Below are positions 38,624 through 49,279 of a stretch of 64,000 nucleotides of DNA, piece by piece. Position 1 is the stretch's first letter; each line of letters starts with the position of its first letter. The DNA is from an uncultured Planctomycetia bacterium. Lineage in GTDB: Bacteria; Omnitrophota; Gorgyraeia; JABMRG01. The stretch covers positions 2,405 to 66,404 of the forward strand of contig CAZWMG010000001.1 in assembly GCA_964634945.1 (NCBI GenBank). The letters run 5' to 3'. The translations under genes and the position numbers were made by a program. The notes below the pieces were generated by a model. The model was not told where the DNA came from. It did no database searches and saw nothing but the letters and a program-made list of their open reading frames with translations.

Positions 38624-39277
38624 TTATCGGGAGAAGGTTATGTCTGTAATTAGATGAAAAGGCTCTTTAAAGTCTTTGCTCTTACAATCATAATCAGCCA
38701 TTTTTGAGAGCGCCTTGCTGGTAGAATTAAACGCTATCCCATAGCCCGCGCGCTTTAGAAGAGATATGTCGCCTTCATTATCTCCTATGCATATTGTCTC
38801 ACCGGGCCTAACCTTAAAAAGTGACTGTATATCCTTTACAGCCTTGCCCTTTTTTCCATGAATGATATTTACATCAACCTTGCCTGTTAGAACGCCTTTT
38901 TTCGCTAGGAGCCTGTTGGTTAAGAGATAATCAAGAGACAGCTCATCTCTTATGCCTTCGCCAATATACTGAAGGCCGGTAGAGACCGCGGCAAGTGTAA
39001 ATCCGAGTTTTTTCAATTTTTTTATGGAGTTCTTAGCGTTTTTTGTGTAGGAAATAGGTTTAAAGAGGTTTGCGATCTTTGCTTCAGGCAGGCCTTTCCA
39101 GCAGGCGGCATCTAATTCACAGAAGCGTTTATAGCTTATTTTTCCGGCGAGAAACCTCTCTTGATATCTTATCGCCATATCGTCCCAAATATCGAGTCTC
39201 TCATGGATTAGCTGCCATGAACTTACATGCCTTGTGATGGTTCCATCTATATCAAATATAATAAGCTTATATTTCAT
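38624..39277 (-). CDS. HAD-IB phosphatase (SerB-like)
   Basis: FDIDGT, STG, K, GDNEGD. Confidence 0.8.
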   Translation of the reverse strand: MKYKLIIFDIDGTITRHVSSWQLIHERLDIWDDMAIRYQERFLAGKISYKRFCELDAACWKGLPEAKIANLFKPISYTKNAKNSIKKLKKLGFTLAAVSTGLQYIGEGIRDELSLDYLLTNRLLAKKGVLTGKVDVNIIHGKKGKAVKDIQSLFKVRPGETICIGDNEGDISLLKRAGYGIAFNSTSKALSKMADYDCKSKDFKEPFHLITDITFSR

Positions 39278-39328
39278 CTAGCACACATGTTTAGTCATGG
39301 CTATAACGTATGGGAATTTTTCAAATTC

Positions 39329-40354
39329 CTATACTACCTTCCCGGCAAGCTGGCCGCACGCTGCCTGGATGTCATCGCCTTTTGACGCTCTTACCGTGAC
39401 ATCGGCTCCGGATTCAGTGAGCCTGTTAACAAACTTTTCAATGCCTTTAGGCACGGGTGGCGTAAAACTTAAACCCGATATAGGGCTATATGGAATGATA
39501 TTTATCTTTGCCCAGAGCTTGCGTGCTATGCCTACTAAGGCGTTCGCGTCCGCTAAGGTATCATTGACCCCCTTTAATAGCACATATTCAACAGTGGTCT
39601 TTCTATTGGATGCCTTGGCATAATCATTGACCGCGATTATAAGTTCATTCAGGCAGTGCACCTTATTAATAGGCATGAGCTTACTGCGCAATCTGTCATT
39701 GGTAGCATGGATCGATATAGAGAGGTTGATCTGCATATCAAGGTCCTTAAGTTTCCTGATAGCCGGCGCTATACCGCTTGTTGATACGGTAATCCTCCTG
39801 GCGCCTATCGCGAGCGCGTCTTCATGGTTCATTATTCTGATAGCCTTTACTAGGTTATCATAATTATCCAGTGGTTCACCCATCCCCATGAATACATAAT
39901 TTGTCAGATTTTGGTTTAAAAAAAATGTGGCATAAGTAATCTGGTCAAGCATCTCGGCTGGCGTAAGATCTCTCTGAAAGCCGTCCAACCCACTTGCGCA
40001 AAAAGCGCACGCGTAACGACATCCGACCTGTGTTGATAAGCATATAGTAGAACGCTTGCCGGATTTGATTATAACGGATTCGATATATTTTTTGTCATTT
40101 AGCTGGAATAGAAGTTTAATGGTGCCGTCAGAACTTTGATACTCTTCAACGCTTAAAAAGCTCTTGATTAAAAAATTCTGCGTAAGTTTCTCTGTCAGGG
40201 CCTTGGGCAGATTTGTCATGGAGGAAAAGTTTTCAGGCGCCTTTTCATAAAGCCACTTAAATATCTGCTTTGCCCTGTATTTTGGTTCGCCCATATTAAA
40301 AAGGGCATCCTTTAGTTCATCAAGCGTAAGATTCTTTATATTCTCTTTTTTCAT
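39329..40354 (-). CDS. rlmN: 23S rRNA m2A2503 methyltransferase RlmN
   Basis: CLSTQVGCRYACAFCAS, MGMGEP, DIQAACGQL. Confidence 0.93.
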   Translation of the reverse strand: MKKENIKNLTLDELKDALFNMGEPKYRAKQIFKWLYEKAPENFSSMTNLPKALTEKLTQNFLIKSFLSVEEYQSSDGTIKLLFQLNDKKYIESVIIKSGKRSTICLSTQVGCRYACAFCASGLDGFQRDLTPAEMLDQITYATFFLNQNLTNYVFMGMGEPLDNYDNLVKAIRIMNHEDALAIGARRITVSTSGIAPAIRKLKDLDMQINLSISIHATNDRLRSKLMPINKVHCLNELIIAVNDYAKASNRKTTVEYVLLKGVNDTLADANALVGIARKLWAKINIIPYSPISGLSFTPPVPKGIEKFVNRLTESGADVTVRASKGDDIQAACGQLAGKVV

Positions 40355-40397
40355 AGCGTTTTCTTTAATTTGGAAAACGAAATTGTCTCGCTCTTTA

Positions 40398-41780
40398 TTA
40401 CTTTGTTTTTATGTTGAGGATGAACAGATCGTCTCTTAGGTCATTATGCGCGAAGTCCTTGACCTGACTTAGCAGGTTATTGTTGAAAACATCTACGTCT
40501 AATCCACGATTTTTACTTATATACGCTTCTACTCTATCAGAGCCATATTCTTCGCCATTCTCATCCCTGGCCTCCAGAACACCATCGGTAAAGAGTAGAA
40601 TGCTGTCATTTTTTCCGAAAGGCACTTCGTTGTTATATGTTTCTTTATCATCCAAAGGCAGGCCTAAGAAACTTGTCTGTGCCGCTAGTTTTTCAAGCCT
40701 TGGATTCGCGCTGTGATATATATACTGTGGTGGATGCCCATAGCTTGAATAAGTAAATTTTCTGGATAGGTGATGAAAATCAAGCAGCCCGCAAAATGCC
40801 GTCATATACATGTTTAATTCCGAGAAGTTATTGAGCATGAACATATTGACTGATTTTAATATCTCGCCCGGGAACATATTGCTTGGAAGTTTCATCTCTT
40901 TTGATAGTCTTTCGAATTCAGTGTTTAAGGCATTGACTGTAAGCGCCGCGGATACACCGTGTCCCGTTACATCGCATATAATAAATAAGAGCTTATGCTT
41001 ATCGATAAAATGGAACTTAGCGTAATCCCCACCGATATAATGCATGGGAAGATAAGTTACAGCTATATCCGCTAGGTTGGTACTTGTTGAGTGGGGTATG
41101 AGTTTTGAATGGACCTTGGTCGCAAGTTTGAGCTCTTTTTCCATCTGGTCGTTCTTCTCTTCTACATCCTTAAATAAGATATAATTTTCTAGGTCGCGCT
41201 CTCTCTCACGCTTTATAACAGCAAAGCATACAATTGCCGATAAAAAAAGCGCTATGAACCCATTTACATAATCAACAACACCTGTGCTAATCATACTGCC
41301 TTTATATATGTAAGAAGGCACATTTATTAGTAGGATATCAAACGCTATAAAATGAAGCAGTGATACAAGCAGGCTCTTTAATGTTGACCAGGGAAAGATA
41401 AATGAGAACGCAAAAAGCATAAAGACAAATCCAAGCGCCGCGTCAAAAGGGGGTGTATGATAAGCGATACTGTCTCTTGTCATTGTCGCGAGAGACAGTA
41501 CTATAAAGAGTAAGGCGCTTGCCTGAGCTGTTCTGAAAGTGCGGATTTTTCCCGCAAGAAAGTATGTTGCCAAACATAACAGAAGCGACCATGTCCAGGT
41601 AAGCTGCATCTGGTATGTGGCTTTTTCCTGTAAGGCAAGCATGCCTATTATATCGCCAACAAGATTACATATAACTAGCAATAGCGCCGCTAACCTCAAA
41701 CGGCTCTTGATAAGTTCTGTCTGCTCTTTACGAAAATCCCCTAAGAGATTTTTAGGTAACTTCTTAATCTTATTATTCAT
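40398..41780 (-). CDS. membrane PP2C/SpoIIE (RsbU-like) phosphatase
   Basis: N-terminal TMs; IGGDY, DVTGHGVSAA, FTDGVLE, DD. Confidence 0.88.
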   Translation of the reverse strand: MNNKIKKLPKNLLGDFRKEQTELIKSRLRLAALLLVICNLVGDIIGMLALQEKATYQMQLTWTWSLLLCLATYFLAGKIRTFRTAQASALLFIVLSLATMTRDSIAYHTPPFDAALGFVFMLFAFSFIFPWSTLKSLLVSLLHFIAFDILLINVPSYIYKGSMISTGVVDYVNGFIALFLSAIVCFAVIKRERERDLENYILFKDVEEKNDQMEKELKLATKVHSKLIPHSTSTNLADIAVTYLPMHYIGGDYAKFHFIDKHKLLFIICDVTGHGVSAALTVNALNTEFERLSKEMKLPSNMFPGEILKSVNMFMLNNFSELNMYMTAFCGLLDFHHLSRKFTYSSYGHPPQYIYHSANPRLEKLAAQTSFLGLPLDDKETYNNEVPFGKNDSILLFTDGVLEARDENGEEYGSDRVEAYISKNRGLDVDVFNNNLLSQVKDFAHNDLRDDLFILNIKTK

Positions 41781-42837
41781 ATGCGGGCAATCCGCTCTTA
41801 TTTAGAATACTTGGGATGAGGCTTTTGGAAGTTTCTGTAAATTTGATTATCTGATCCATCATTTTTACTGTTTCAACAGGATGCATGCCGGCTGCTGTTT
41901 CACCTGATAGCATAACATAGTCAGAGCCGTCATATATAGCATTGGCAACATCACTGACCTCTGCCCTGGTGGGGCGCAAGTGCTCTGTCATGGACTCAAG
42001 CATCTGGGTCGCGGTTATAACAAACTTCTTTCTCTGTTTGCATTTTTTGATGATCATCTTCTGCATTACAGGGACCTGATATATTGGTAAAGATATCCCC
42101 ATGTCACCTCGCGCTATCATAATACCATCGGCAACATCGAGTATCTCATCGATATTTTTTATGCCGTCGCGGTTTTCAATCTTTGCTATGAGCTTAGCGG
42201 CGCTATTGCTATTAATATGTTTTCGGATATTGAGCATATCCTGTTTATTACGCACAAAACTCTGCGCGATAAAGTTGACCTTATGCTTTATTCCAAAGGC
42301 GAGGTCTAACTTGTCTTTTTCCGTGATACTTTTAAATTTCAGCTTTATATCGGGTACATTAACACCCTTATTGGTCTTTACCCTGCCTGGTACTATAACC
42401 TCGGTCTTTAGGTAATTTTTTGTCCTTCCCTTTACCAGCAGGGCGATATTGCCATCATCGATATATATAAAATTGCCTGTCTTAATATCATCCAAAGAGC
42501 CGTCGTAATCAAGGGGGATGACCCCATTGGCAATAGTTGGCCTCTTATTCGATAATAGCACCCTGCCTTTCTTCTCGAGGTCTATCCCGTTACCGGGAAT
42601 AGTGCCGATGCGTATCCTGTAGCCCTCAAGGTCCTGTAGTATTTTTACATTGCGCCTGTACTTCTTATTTATAGCCCTTACAATTTTTATGCAATTAAGG
42701 TGCTGTAAGTGATTTCCATGGGAAAAATTAAGCCTCGCGACATCCATGCCCGCGAGCATCATCTTTCTAAGCATAGTGCTATTGTTACTCGCAGGGCCCA
42801 ATGTAGAGATTATCTTTGTCTTTGCTAATCTTTCCAT
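41773..42837 (-). CDS. pyk: pyruvate kinase (short, lacks C-terminal domain)
   Basis: TKIISTLGPAS, ARLNFSHG, IAKIEN, MIARGDMG, ATQMLESM, PTRAEVSDVANA, MLSGETA. Confidence 0.9.
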   Translation of the reverse strand: MERLAKTKIISTLGPASNNSTMLRKMMLAGMDVARLNFSHGNHLQHLNCIKIVRAINKKYRRNVKILQDLEGYRIRIGTIPGNGIDLEKKGRVLLSNKRPTIANGVIPLDYDGSLDDIKTGNFIYIDDGNIALLVKGRTKNYLKTEVIVPGRVKTNKGVNVPDIKLKFKSITEKDKLDLAFGIKHKVNFIAQSFVRNKQDMLNIRKHINSNSAAKLIAKIENRDGIKNIDEILDVADGIMIARGDMGISLPIYQVPVMQKMIIKKCKQRKKFVITATQMLESMTEHLRPTRAEVSDVANAIYDGSDYVMLSGETAAGMHPVETVKMMDQIIKFTETSKSLIPSILNKSGLPAYE

Positions 42838-42850
42838 AAAATCTTTCTAA

Positions 42851-43132
42851 TCATTCGGTGCGTTGCGTGATCTCTATTAAGTGGTAGCCAAAATCGGTTT
42901 TTATAGGGCCGTGTATCTTTCCGCATTCAGCGTTGAATACTACATCATCAAACTCTTTAACCATCTGACCGGGTTCAAACTCACCTAACGCGCCACCCTG
43001 TTTACCTGAAGGGCATTCCGAATGCTCCTCGGCTATCTTAGCGAAATCAGCACCTGCCTTGATCTTTGATTTAAGGTCATTACAAGCATCTTCAGTGGCT
43101 ACTAAAATATGACGTGCGCTTGCTTTTGCCAT
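42851..43132 (-). CDS. ppiC: parvulin peptidyl-prolyl isomerase
   Basis: ARHILV, HSECPSGKQGGALG, GQMVKEFD, TDFGYHLI. Confidence 0.92.
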   Translation of the reverse strand: MAKASARHILVATEDACNDLKSKIKAGADFAKIAEEHSECPSGKQGGALGEFEPGQMVKEFDDVVFNAECGKIHGPIKTDFGYHLIEITQRTE

Positions 43133-43159
43133 CTCTTCCTCCTGTTTGTTTTTCTTAGT

Positions 43160-43858
43160 TTAAGAAATCTCGGTTTCAAGTTTTGATACCAATTTATCGG
43201 TATCTTTTAGTGTCGCGACGGATATCATATTGGACCTTTTTGCCTCAACCATCAGAGACTTCAATGTGGCAAGAAAGCGCCTTACCAGTGCGGCCTTTCT
43301 CTTTTGCCACGCTTCCTTAGGTTCTAGCTCCTGGCGCTGCTTCATAAATGACGTTAGATCCTTTTTTACGGCGCGCTCATCCTTGCCCATCTCCAGGACA
43401 CCTTTTTTTATGGAGGAGTAATCTTCGCTGCTTAAGTCCTTTTTATCGCGCGCCAGGCGCAGCACATCGACAGACTGATAAGTAGGCACCTTCGCGGTCT
43501 CCGCGACATCATTGTAATCCTTCTTTAAGTAACGAGGCTCCTCTTTTTCAAGGAAACTATAGCTTCTTAAAAGCTTGATCGCTGTCTCCTTGCGTATGCC
43601 TATCTCTTTAGCGGTGTAGGCCTCGAATGTATCATAGCCCCACTCCTTGTACATCTTGTCTTTCCATACCGCGTAAAGCGCCTGGCCTAGGCTTATCCAC
43701 GATGTCTTAAACCCTTTGGCATTGGCGAGTATCTGGCCGCGTATGCTTTCGCTGTCAATATCGACCATCTTTTCCTCAAGTGCCCTAATAGATTTTGTCT
43801 TTAGCTCTTTCAAGGCAATCTTCCTATGATGACTGGCTGTTCTTTTTAAGCTCGCCAA
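43160..43858 (-). CDS. conserved hypothetical protein (likely start TTG ~43813)
   Basis: FKTSWISLGQAL...WGYDTFEAY...EIGIRKETAIKL; clean helical ORF. Confidence 0.7.
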   Translation of the reverse strand: MASLKRTASHHRKIALKELKTKSIRALEEKMVDIDSESIRGQILANAKGFKTSWISLGQALYAVWKDKMYKEWGYDTFEAYTAKEIGIRKETAIKLLRSYSFLEKEEPRYLKKDYNDVAETAKVPTYQSVDVLRLARDKKDLSSEDYSSIKKGVLEMGKDERAVKKDLTSFMKQRQELEPKEAWQKRKAALVRRFLATLKSLMVEAKRSNMISVATLKDTDKLVSKLETEIS

Positions 43859-43994
43859 GTATCTCGTTTAATGTAGATTCAATCTTGATAAGGAGAGCAA
43901 TCTGTTCCTGATGTTTCATATCCTGCTGCTGCTGCATCTTTTTTGCCTCTCCGGCAAGGTTTACCATATTGCCTAAGTCGCTCATATTAAACAT
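43824..43994 (-). CDS. small coiled-coil protein, 56 aa
   Basis: Strong RBS AAGGAGG, then MFNMSDLGNMVNLAGEAKKMQQQQDMKHQEQIALLIKIESTLNEILGELKKNSQSS*; missed by the ORF track. Confidence 0.65.
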   Translation of the reverse strand: MFNMSDLGNMVNLAGEAKKMQQQQDMKHQEQIALLIKIESTLNEILGELKKNSQSS

Positions 43995-44121
43995 GCTATC
44001 CCTCCTTTGATTGTATGAATGTTTATATTACCATAAGAATATACATATTGTAAAGTATTGTAAAGGAATTTTTGTTTTTATTATACTGTAAAGGAATTGG
44101 TCAATAGAATAGAGGCGCTTT

Positions 44122-45042
44122 TTATCCGTTTACAGGATAGCCTTGTTTTTCCCATGCGAGGAAACCACCCTCGACATTATAAGCCTTATGCCCCCAGCTT
44201 CTGAGCCTGGTGACTATGCGATCAGCGTCTACTACATTTGATGAGAATACAGCGATAACAGCGCCCCTGTTGGTGCCGCTTAAAACATTTTTAAGATGGC
44301 CTTCATCGCTGCTTATCTTGTCCTTTGGAAAACGTATAGAGTTAGGTATGTACTTCTTGCTCAGTTCGTCTTTTTCCCTGACATCCAATAAGACAGTATC
44401 GCGCCCTTTAGTTATGCGAAGATACAGGTCTTTTACATTAATAGACGGTGTTTCAGGGAGAAGCTCTTTAGGGGGTTCGATTATAGCAAGGGGGGCTTCA
44501 TTAGCCTTTTCCACAGAGGTTTGTAGCGCCTGAGTACGATATACTACGCCAAGGTTATTAAGGCTCTTAGCGACATCGGGATGGTCTGTGCCAAGAATTT
44601 GTTCTCGTATCTCAAGCGCGCGCCTGTAAAGCGGTTCGGCATCTTCATATCTGCCTTGAGCATAGTAGAGTGTCGCAAGGTTATTCATGCCTTGCGCTAC
44701 ATCGAGATGATTGGGCCCAAAGGCGCGCTGCTTTATAGTAAGCGCGCGTTTATAGAGAGGCTCTGCCTCATCATACATAGCTTGCGCGTAGTAGACTGTA
44801 GCAAGATTGTTCAATACCGTGGCAACTGAAGGATGATCCGGACCGAGGGTCTCCTCGACAGAGGTTACAGCTGTTTTCGCGATAATTACAGCATAATCAA
44901 AATTGCCCTCATTATATAGCGCTATAACCTGCTGATCAAGGGCCTCCCATGATGCCATTGGTTCCTCAGCAACTACCGGCATACTTATGCAGGCTATCGC
45001 TAAATATGTTATTAATGATAATCTTATTATGTATCGTGTCAT
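44122..45042 (-). CDS. exported TPR (kinesin-light-chain type) plus rhodanese-like protein
   Basis: GPDHPSVATVLNNLA repeats; LLDVRE...NVEGGFLAW. Confidence 0.85.
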   Translation of the reverse strand: MTRYIIRLSLITYLAIACISMPVVAEEPMASWEALDQQVIALYNEGNFDYAVIIAKTAVTSVEETLGPDHPSVATVLNNLATVYYAQAMYDEAEPLYKRALTIKQRAFGPNHLDVAQGMNNLATLYYAQGRYEDAEPLYRRALEIREQILGTDHPDVAKSLNNLGVVYRTQALQTSVEKANEAPLAIIEPPKELLPETPSINVKDLYLRITKGRDTVLLDVREKDELSKKYIPNSIRFPKDKISSDEGHLKNVLSGTNRGAVIAVFSSNVVDADRIVTRLRSWGHKAYNVEGGFLAWEKQGYPVNG

Positions 45043-45114
45043 GCTTAGCTATAAATGTTTGTGATATGTGAAATAAGAATGGAAACGAACAAGCAAGCTA
45101 TATAATAGTTGCAT

Positions 45115-45447
45115 TTAATGGATAAAAGTATTCTTTATTGATTCAATAGAAATTGATGAATATGGCTCTATATTAGCACCTGTTCTTATCGCATCGCCTG
45201 CGTATAGTGCCATGCTTTCCTTTGCCGCTATCCAAAAAGGTGTACCCGATCTTAAAATGGCGACATCTTTTTCACCGGTTATACGCGATATAATAAAATT
45301 TGCTGTTAAAGCTTTTTTTGCAGTATATGCGACATTAATAATCGGCATAACAGTCAAGGCAGTTGCCATAACAATCAATGTAAATATCTTAGCTATTAAA
45401 GCAATGGCTTCTTCTGTTTTAAGCATACATAATCTTATTCTGCGCAT
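45115..45447 (-). pseudogene. truncated FecR-like N-terminal fragment
   Basis: ITGEKDVAILRSG..W....MALYAGDAIRTG, then an early stop. Confidence 0.35.
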
Positions 45448-46364
45448 TGTCTGTTTTTATACCACTTAATAGTTTTTTTAATCCCCTCATCTATGTAAAT
45501 AGATGATTTCCAGCTAAGTTCTTTTATAGCCTTTGCAGGGTCGATGGCACTTCTTCTCTGTTCGCCTTGCTTTGCCTTTCCGTGTTTTAAGCCTATATTT
45601 GATCCTGTCTCTCTTTTTAATTTTTTAGCCAAATCATTTACATCTGTCTCGATGCCGGTTCCTATATTATATATCTGGTTTTTACCTAATGTCAAAGCAA
45701 GGGTATTTGCCTTAACAACATCATCAACATACACGTAGTCCCTTGTTTGTTTTCCGTCGCCATTTATGGTACAGCTTTTATTTTTAAGCATAGCGCTTGT
45801 GAATATAGCTACAACGCCTGCTTCTCCAAGAGGATCCTGGCGAGGGCCATATACATTAGCATAGCGTAAAATAGTATAATCAATGCCATGAGTCTTCATG
45901 TAGAAATATAAATACATTTCAACGCTGACCTTCGCGATACCATATGGTGACAGGGGTTCCAGGGCGTGTTTTTCGCTAGCAGGAAATTTAGCCTGCTCAC
46001 CATATCCAGCGCCGCCTGATGAGGCAAATATTATTTTCTTAACATTGTGTTTAACGCAGAGCTGAAAGAGATTAATACTTCCCAGGATATTGACCTTGGC
46101 ATCGAAGATAGGCTCATCTACTGATTTACGAAGATCTATCTGAGCAGCATGATGATTGACGATATCGGGTTTTTCTGTTTCAAAGATATTATTTAAGGCA
46201 TCTTCTTCAATGCCTGTTTTATAAAATTTGGCACTGGGGTTTATGTTCTGCTCTTTTCCTGTTGATAGGTTATCTACTATGGCTACTTTATGGCCATCTT
46301 CAATATGCCTATCAGTAATATTAGAGCCTATAAAACCCGCTCCGCCAGTAACTAATATCTTCAT
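45435..46364 (-). CDS. NAD-dependent epimerase/dehydratase (GalE-like)
   Basis: GGAGFIG, YGIAK, RYANVYGPRQ. Confidence 0.92.
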   Translation of the reverse strand: MKILVTGGAGFIGSNITDRHIEDGHKVAIVDNLSTGKEQNINPSAKFYKTGIEEDALNNIFETEKPDIVNHHAAQIDLRKSVDEPIFDAKVNILGSINLFQLCVKHNVKKIIFASSGGAGYGEQAKFPASEKHALEPLSPYGIAKVSVEMYLYFYMKTHGIDYTILRYANVYGPRQDPLGEAGVVAIFTSAMLKNKSCTINGDGKQTRDYVYVDDVVKANTLALTLGKNQIYNIGTGIETDVNDLAKKLKRETGSNIGLKHGKAKQGEQRRSAIDPAKAIKELSWKSSIYIDEGIKKTIKWYKNRQCAE

Positions 46365-46408
46365 TTTGATAAACTCCTCTTAAATATAGTTAATCTTAAA
46401 CAACTTAT

Positions 46409-46777
46409 TTATCTTTTATAATCATCCTCTAAACGCTCTATGTCATCTTCGCCGAAGTAGTCACCGGTCTGTATCTCAATAAAGACAAGGTTGTCCTTTC
46501 CTGTATTCTTTATTCTGTGGGCACTATTACGGGGAATATCAATATGTTCGCCAACTGATAAAGAGTGTTCCTGGTCATTGATGGTCACCTGCGCGCTTCC
46601 ACTATGGATAAACCAGTGTTCTTCTCTTTTTTTATGCCTCTGAAGGCTTAGACGATGGCCGGGATAGACAGTAATCTCTTTTACCTTATGATCCGCGCTA
46701 TTTAAGAGGACGAGGTATTTTCCCCAAGGGCGCTCACCTATTGAGACTGAGTATTCTTTTTGGTATTCGTTTTTCAT
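46409..46777 (-). CDS. mannose-6-phosphate isomerase type II C-terminal cupin
   Basis: RPWG, LSLQRH..REEHW, EIQTGDYFGEDDIERLED. Confidence 0.88.
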   Translation of the reverse strand: MKNEYQKEYSVSIGERPWGKYLVLLNSADHKVKEITVYPGHRLSLQRHKKREEHWFIHSGSAQVTINDQEHSLSVGEHIDIPRNSAHRIKNTGKDNLVFIEIQTGDYFGEDDIERLEDDYKR

Positions 46778-46779
46778 CT

Positions 46780-47250
46780 CTACCTTGATATCTTTGTTAT
46801 CTTGTAACTTAATGTGCCGGCAGGGACCTCTATCTTGACCTCATCGCCTACCTTGTGCCCAAGCAGAGCTGTTCCTACGGGTGATGTTACAGATATCTTA
46901 TTATTGGCGTAGTCAGCCTCCGGTTCTGAGACAAGGGTGTAGGCCTCTTCTTCTTTAGTATCGATATCTACAATATTGACTGTCGCGCCTATGAGCGCCT
47001 CATCGGAGGACATCTTGGACTCATCTATTATCTGCGCCTGCGCCAGTTTCTCCTCAAGCTCAGCTATATGCTTTTCATTCATGCCCTGCGCATCTTTGGC
47101 AGCGTCGTATTCAGCATTTTCACTGATGTCACCGTGCGCGCGCGCTGTTCCGATATGCGCGGATAATTCACGGCGTTTCTTTGTTTTTAGATAATCCAAC
47201 TCATTCTTGAGTTTCTCATAACCTTCCTGTGATAAATATATCTTTGCCAT
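46780..47250 (-). CDS. greA: transcription elongation factor GreA
   Basis: ARAHGDISENAEYDAAK, ISVTSPVGTALLG. Confidence 0.95.
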   Translation of the reverse strand: MAKIYLSQEGYEKLKNELDYLKTKKRRELSAHIGTARAHGDISENAEYDAAKDAQGMNEKHIAELEEKLAQAQIIDESKMSSDEALIGATVNIVDIDTKEEEAYTLVSEPEADYANNKISVTSPVGTALLGHKVGDEVKIEVPAGTLSYKITKISR

Positions 47251-47351
47251 TGCTGCTCCTTGAGTTTGATGTTACATATGTTACAAAGGTTAATTAAGGT
47301 TACATAGGTTACGATTTCTACTAATGCCTCAAAAGCTGCAAACTAGAGAAG

Positions 47352-48515
47352 CTAATCCTTATTCAGTTTTGCCGATGCCCCTATCGGTGTAGGATACCGC
47401 ATTACTACTATATAGCTTGACGCTATAAATGTTATTAATGTTGTTAGCTGTATGAGCTGAGATGCCCTACAGCTTATATTGCCCAACTGATACGCCAGTA
47501 TAGCAATGAGCAAAGAAAACTCACTCAATTGCCCTAATCTGAAACCTATCTCTTTAGAAAATGGTTTCTTCTCCTTGGCAAGAATAAAGAGCTTCTTAAA
47601 TAACCATGGCTTTACAATTAAAAATATCACTGCCAAAAGCATTGATATGAGCATGACCTGTCTTAACGCCGGGATATCGAGTTTTGCCCCAAGTGCGAAG
47701 AAGAATAAGACCAAAAAGAAGTCCCTTAAAGGTTTTAGCTTCTCTGTTATAAAGAATGATATAGGATGCCTGGCGAGTACGACCCCCGCGAAAAAAGCAC
47801 CTGTTTCATGGAACATCCCTATCTTAGCGGATATCGCCGCTATGCCAAAGCACCACGCAAGCCCTAGTATAAAAAGCGCCTCGTGAAAGCGCTCTACCTG
47901 AAGCATTATTTTTCTAAGGACAAATTGCTCTAGAAGTACGAGCACGCCTATAAAGATAAGCAGTTTTAACATGAGAAGGCCAAAACTAGCAAAGGTGTTT
48001 CCAGGCAGGCTCATACATCTTATATAGGCTAAAACAACAATGGCTAAGAGATCCTCCATTATAAGAACCGCTATACAGATACCGCCCATCCTCTCCTGAT
48101 GCAGGCGCGTAGTAGGCAGAAGCTTTATAACCAGGATGGTGCTTGAGAACATAAGAGCAAGGCCTATCACCATGCTGTCTATAATCGTAAATTTAAATAT
48201 AATAGCAAATAGAAACGCGATACCAAATGAGACTATACAGTTTGTGGCTGTGGCAAGGCCTGTTTTTTTAAATAAGCCGAATAGCTTTTGTGGATGCAGG
48301 CAGAGCCCGGCTAAAAAGAGCAATAAGGTGATGCCAAGGCTTGATACAGCGCCTATAAACTCGAGATCGTGTATCCAACCAAGTCCCCAGGGGCCTACCA
48401 ACACACCGCAGGCGATATACGCCAGGATGATAGGCTGCTTAAGAATGACCGCTACATATGAGAGTATCGCGGCAACCACTATAATTACACTTAGGTCGAA
48501 GATGAACTGTTCCAT
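47352..48515 (-). CDS. CPA2 cation:proton antiporter
   Basis: QPIILAYI..GVLVGP, FSST, ED, PLRDFFLVLFF, QLSEFS. Confidence 0.88.
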   Translation of the reverse strand: MEQFIFDLSVIIVVAAILSYVAVILKQPIILAYIACGVLVGPWGLGWIHDLEFIGAVSSLGITLLLFLAGLCLHPQKLFGLFKKTGLATATNCIVSFGIAFLFAIIFKFTIIDSMVIGLALMFSSTILVIKLLPTTRLHQERMGGICIAVLIMEDLLAIVVLAYIRCMSLPGNTFASFGLLMLKLLIFIGVLVLLEQFVLRKIMLQVERFHEALFILGLAWCFGIAAISAKIGMFHETGAFFAGVVLARHPISFFITEKLKPLRDFFLVLFFFALGAKLDIPALRQVMLISMLLAVIFLIVKPWLFKKLFILAKEKKPFSKEIGFRLGQLSEFSLLIAILAYQLGNISCRASQLIQLTTLITFIASSYIVVMRYPTPIGASAKLNKD

Positions 48516-49261
48516 TATTGCCTAACCTCTACTTCCGCGCTTTCGTCAAATGGGTTGGTGCGTATCGCGAGTGAGAAAAGATACGGATAATCCTGTTTTA
48601 AGTGTTTCATATAAGCGAGCCACTCTATCACAAGTAATCTGTATGCCCTCTTTATATCATTGCCGATATGTTCCTTGTCATTCTCCTGTAGAGTAGTGAG
48701 GTCTTTCCTGAAGGCAAGTTCCTCAGTGAGATGAAATACTGCCCAGAGAAGGTTTGTAAAACTCTCGTGTTCTAAAAGGTTTGGATTTTCAAGAAGATTG
48801 AGTAGAAAATACCTTTTCTCAAGCAGAAAATCCCGCAAGGCAGAGATATCGCCTTTATCTAAATTGATACTGCAGGTATGCTGTTTAAGAAAAGCCTTTG
48901 CCTTAAGAAAATCCCGCTTTTGCCACTCTGTTGATATAATAAGGCAGACCTTCATATTGGAGCATTCCGGATCAAATGTCGCGAGTATATCCATGAGTTC
49001 CCTGCCTGTTTCGCTGAAGAACGCGCCTATTACCATGTTTAGTTTTTTAAGCATGGTAGTCTTTTCTCTGTAGTGTAAGACCCGCTCAAGGATAAGAACT
49101 ACCATGAGAACCTCGATAAATACAAAACCAATGTCTCCGATTAAGTATATAAATATATGATGCACGTCACGAAATAAGAAGAAATGCGTAAAATATACAA
49201 CCGCTGAGAGCACAACAAGGCATATTCCGAATATAACCTGCCAATCGAATAATTTTTTCAT
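48515..49261 (-). CDS. conserved membrane hypothetical protein
   Basis: Two TM; LLENPNLLEHESFT, YPYLFSLAIRTNPF. Confidence 0.75.
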   Translation of the reverse strand: MKKLFDWQVIFGICLVVLSAVVYFTHFFLFRDVHHIFIYLIGDIGFVFIEVLMVVLILERVLHYREKTTMLKKLNMVIGAFFSETGRELMDILATFDPECSNMKVCLIISTEWQKRDFLKAKAFLKQHTCSINLDKGDISALRDFLLEKRYFLLNLLENPNLLEHESFTNLLWAVFHLTEELAFRKDLTTLQENDKEHIGNDIKRAYRLLVIEWLAYMKHLKQDYPYLFSLAIRTNPFDESAEVEVRQ

Positions 49262-49279
49262 GTAATACCCCTTCTGCGT

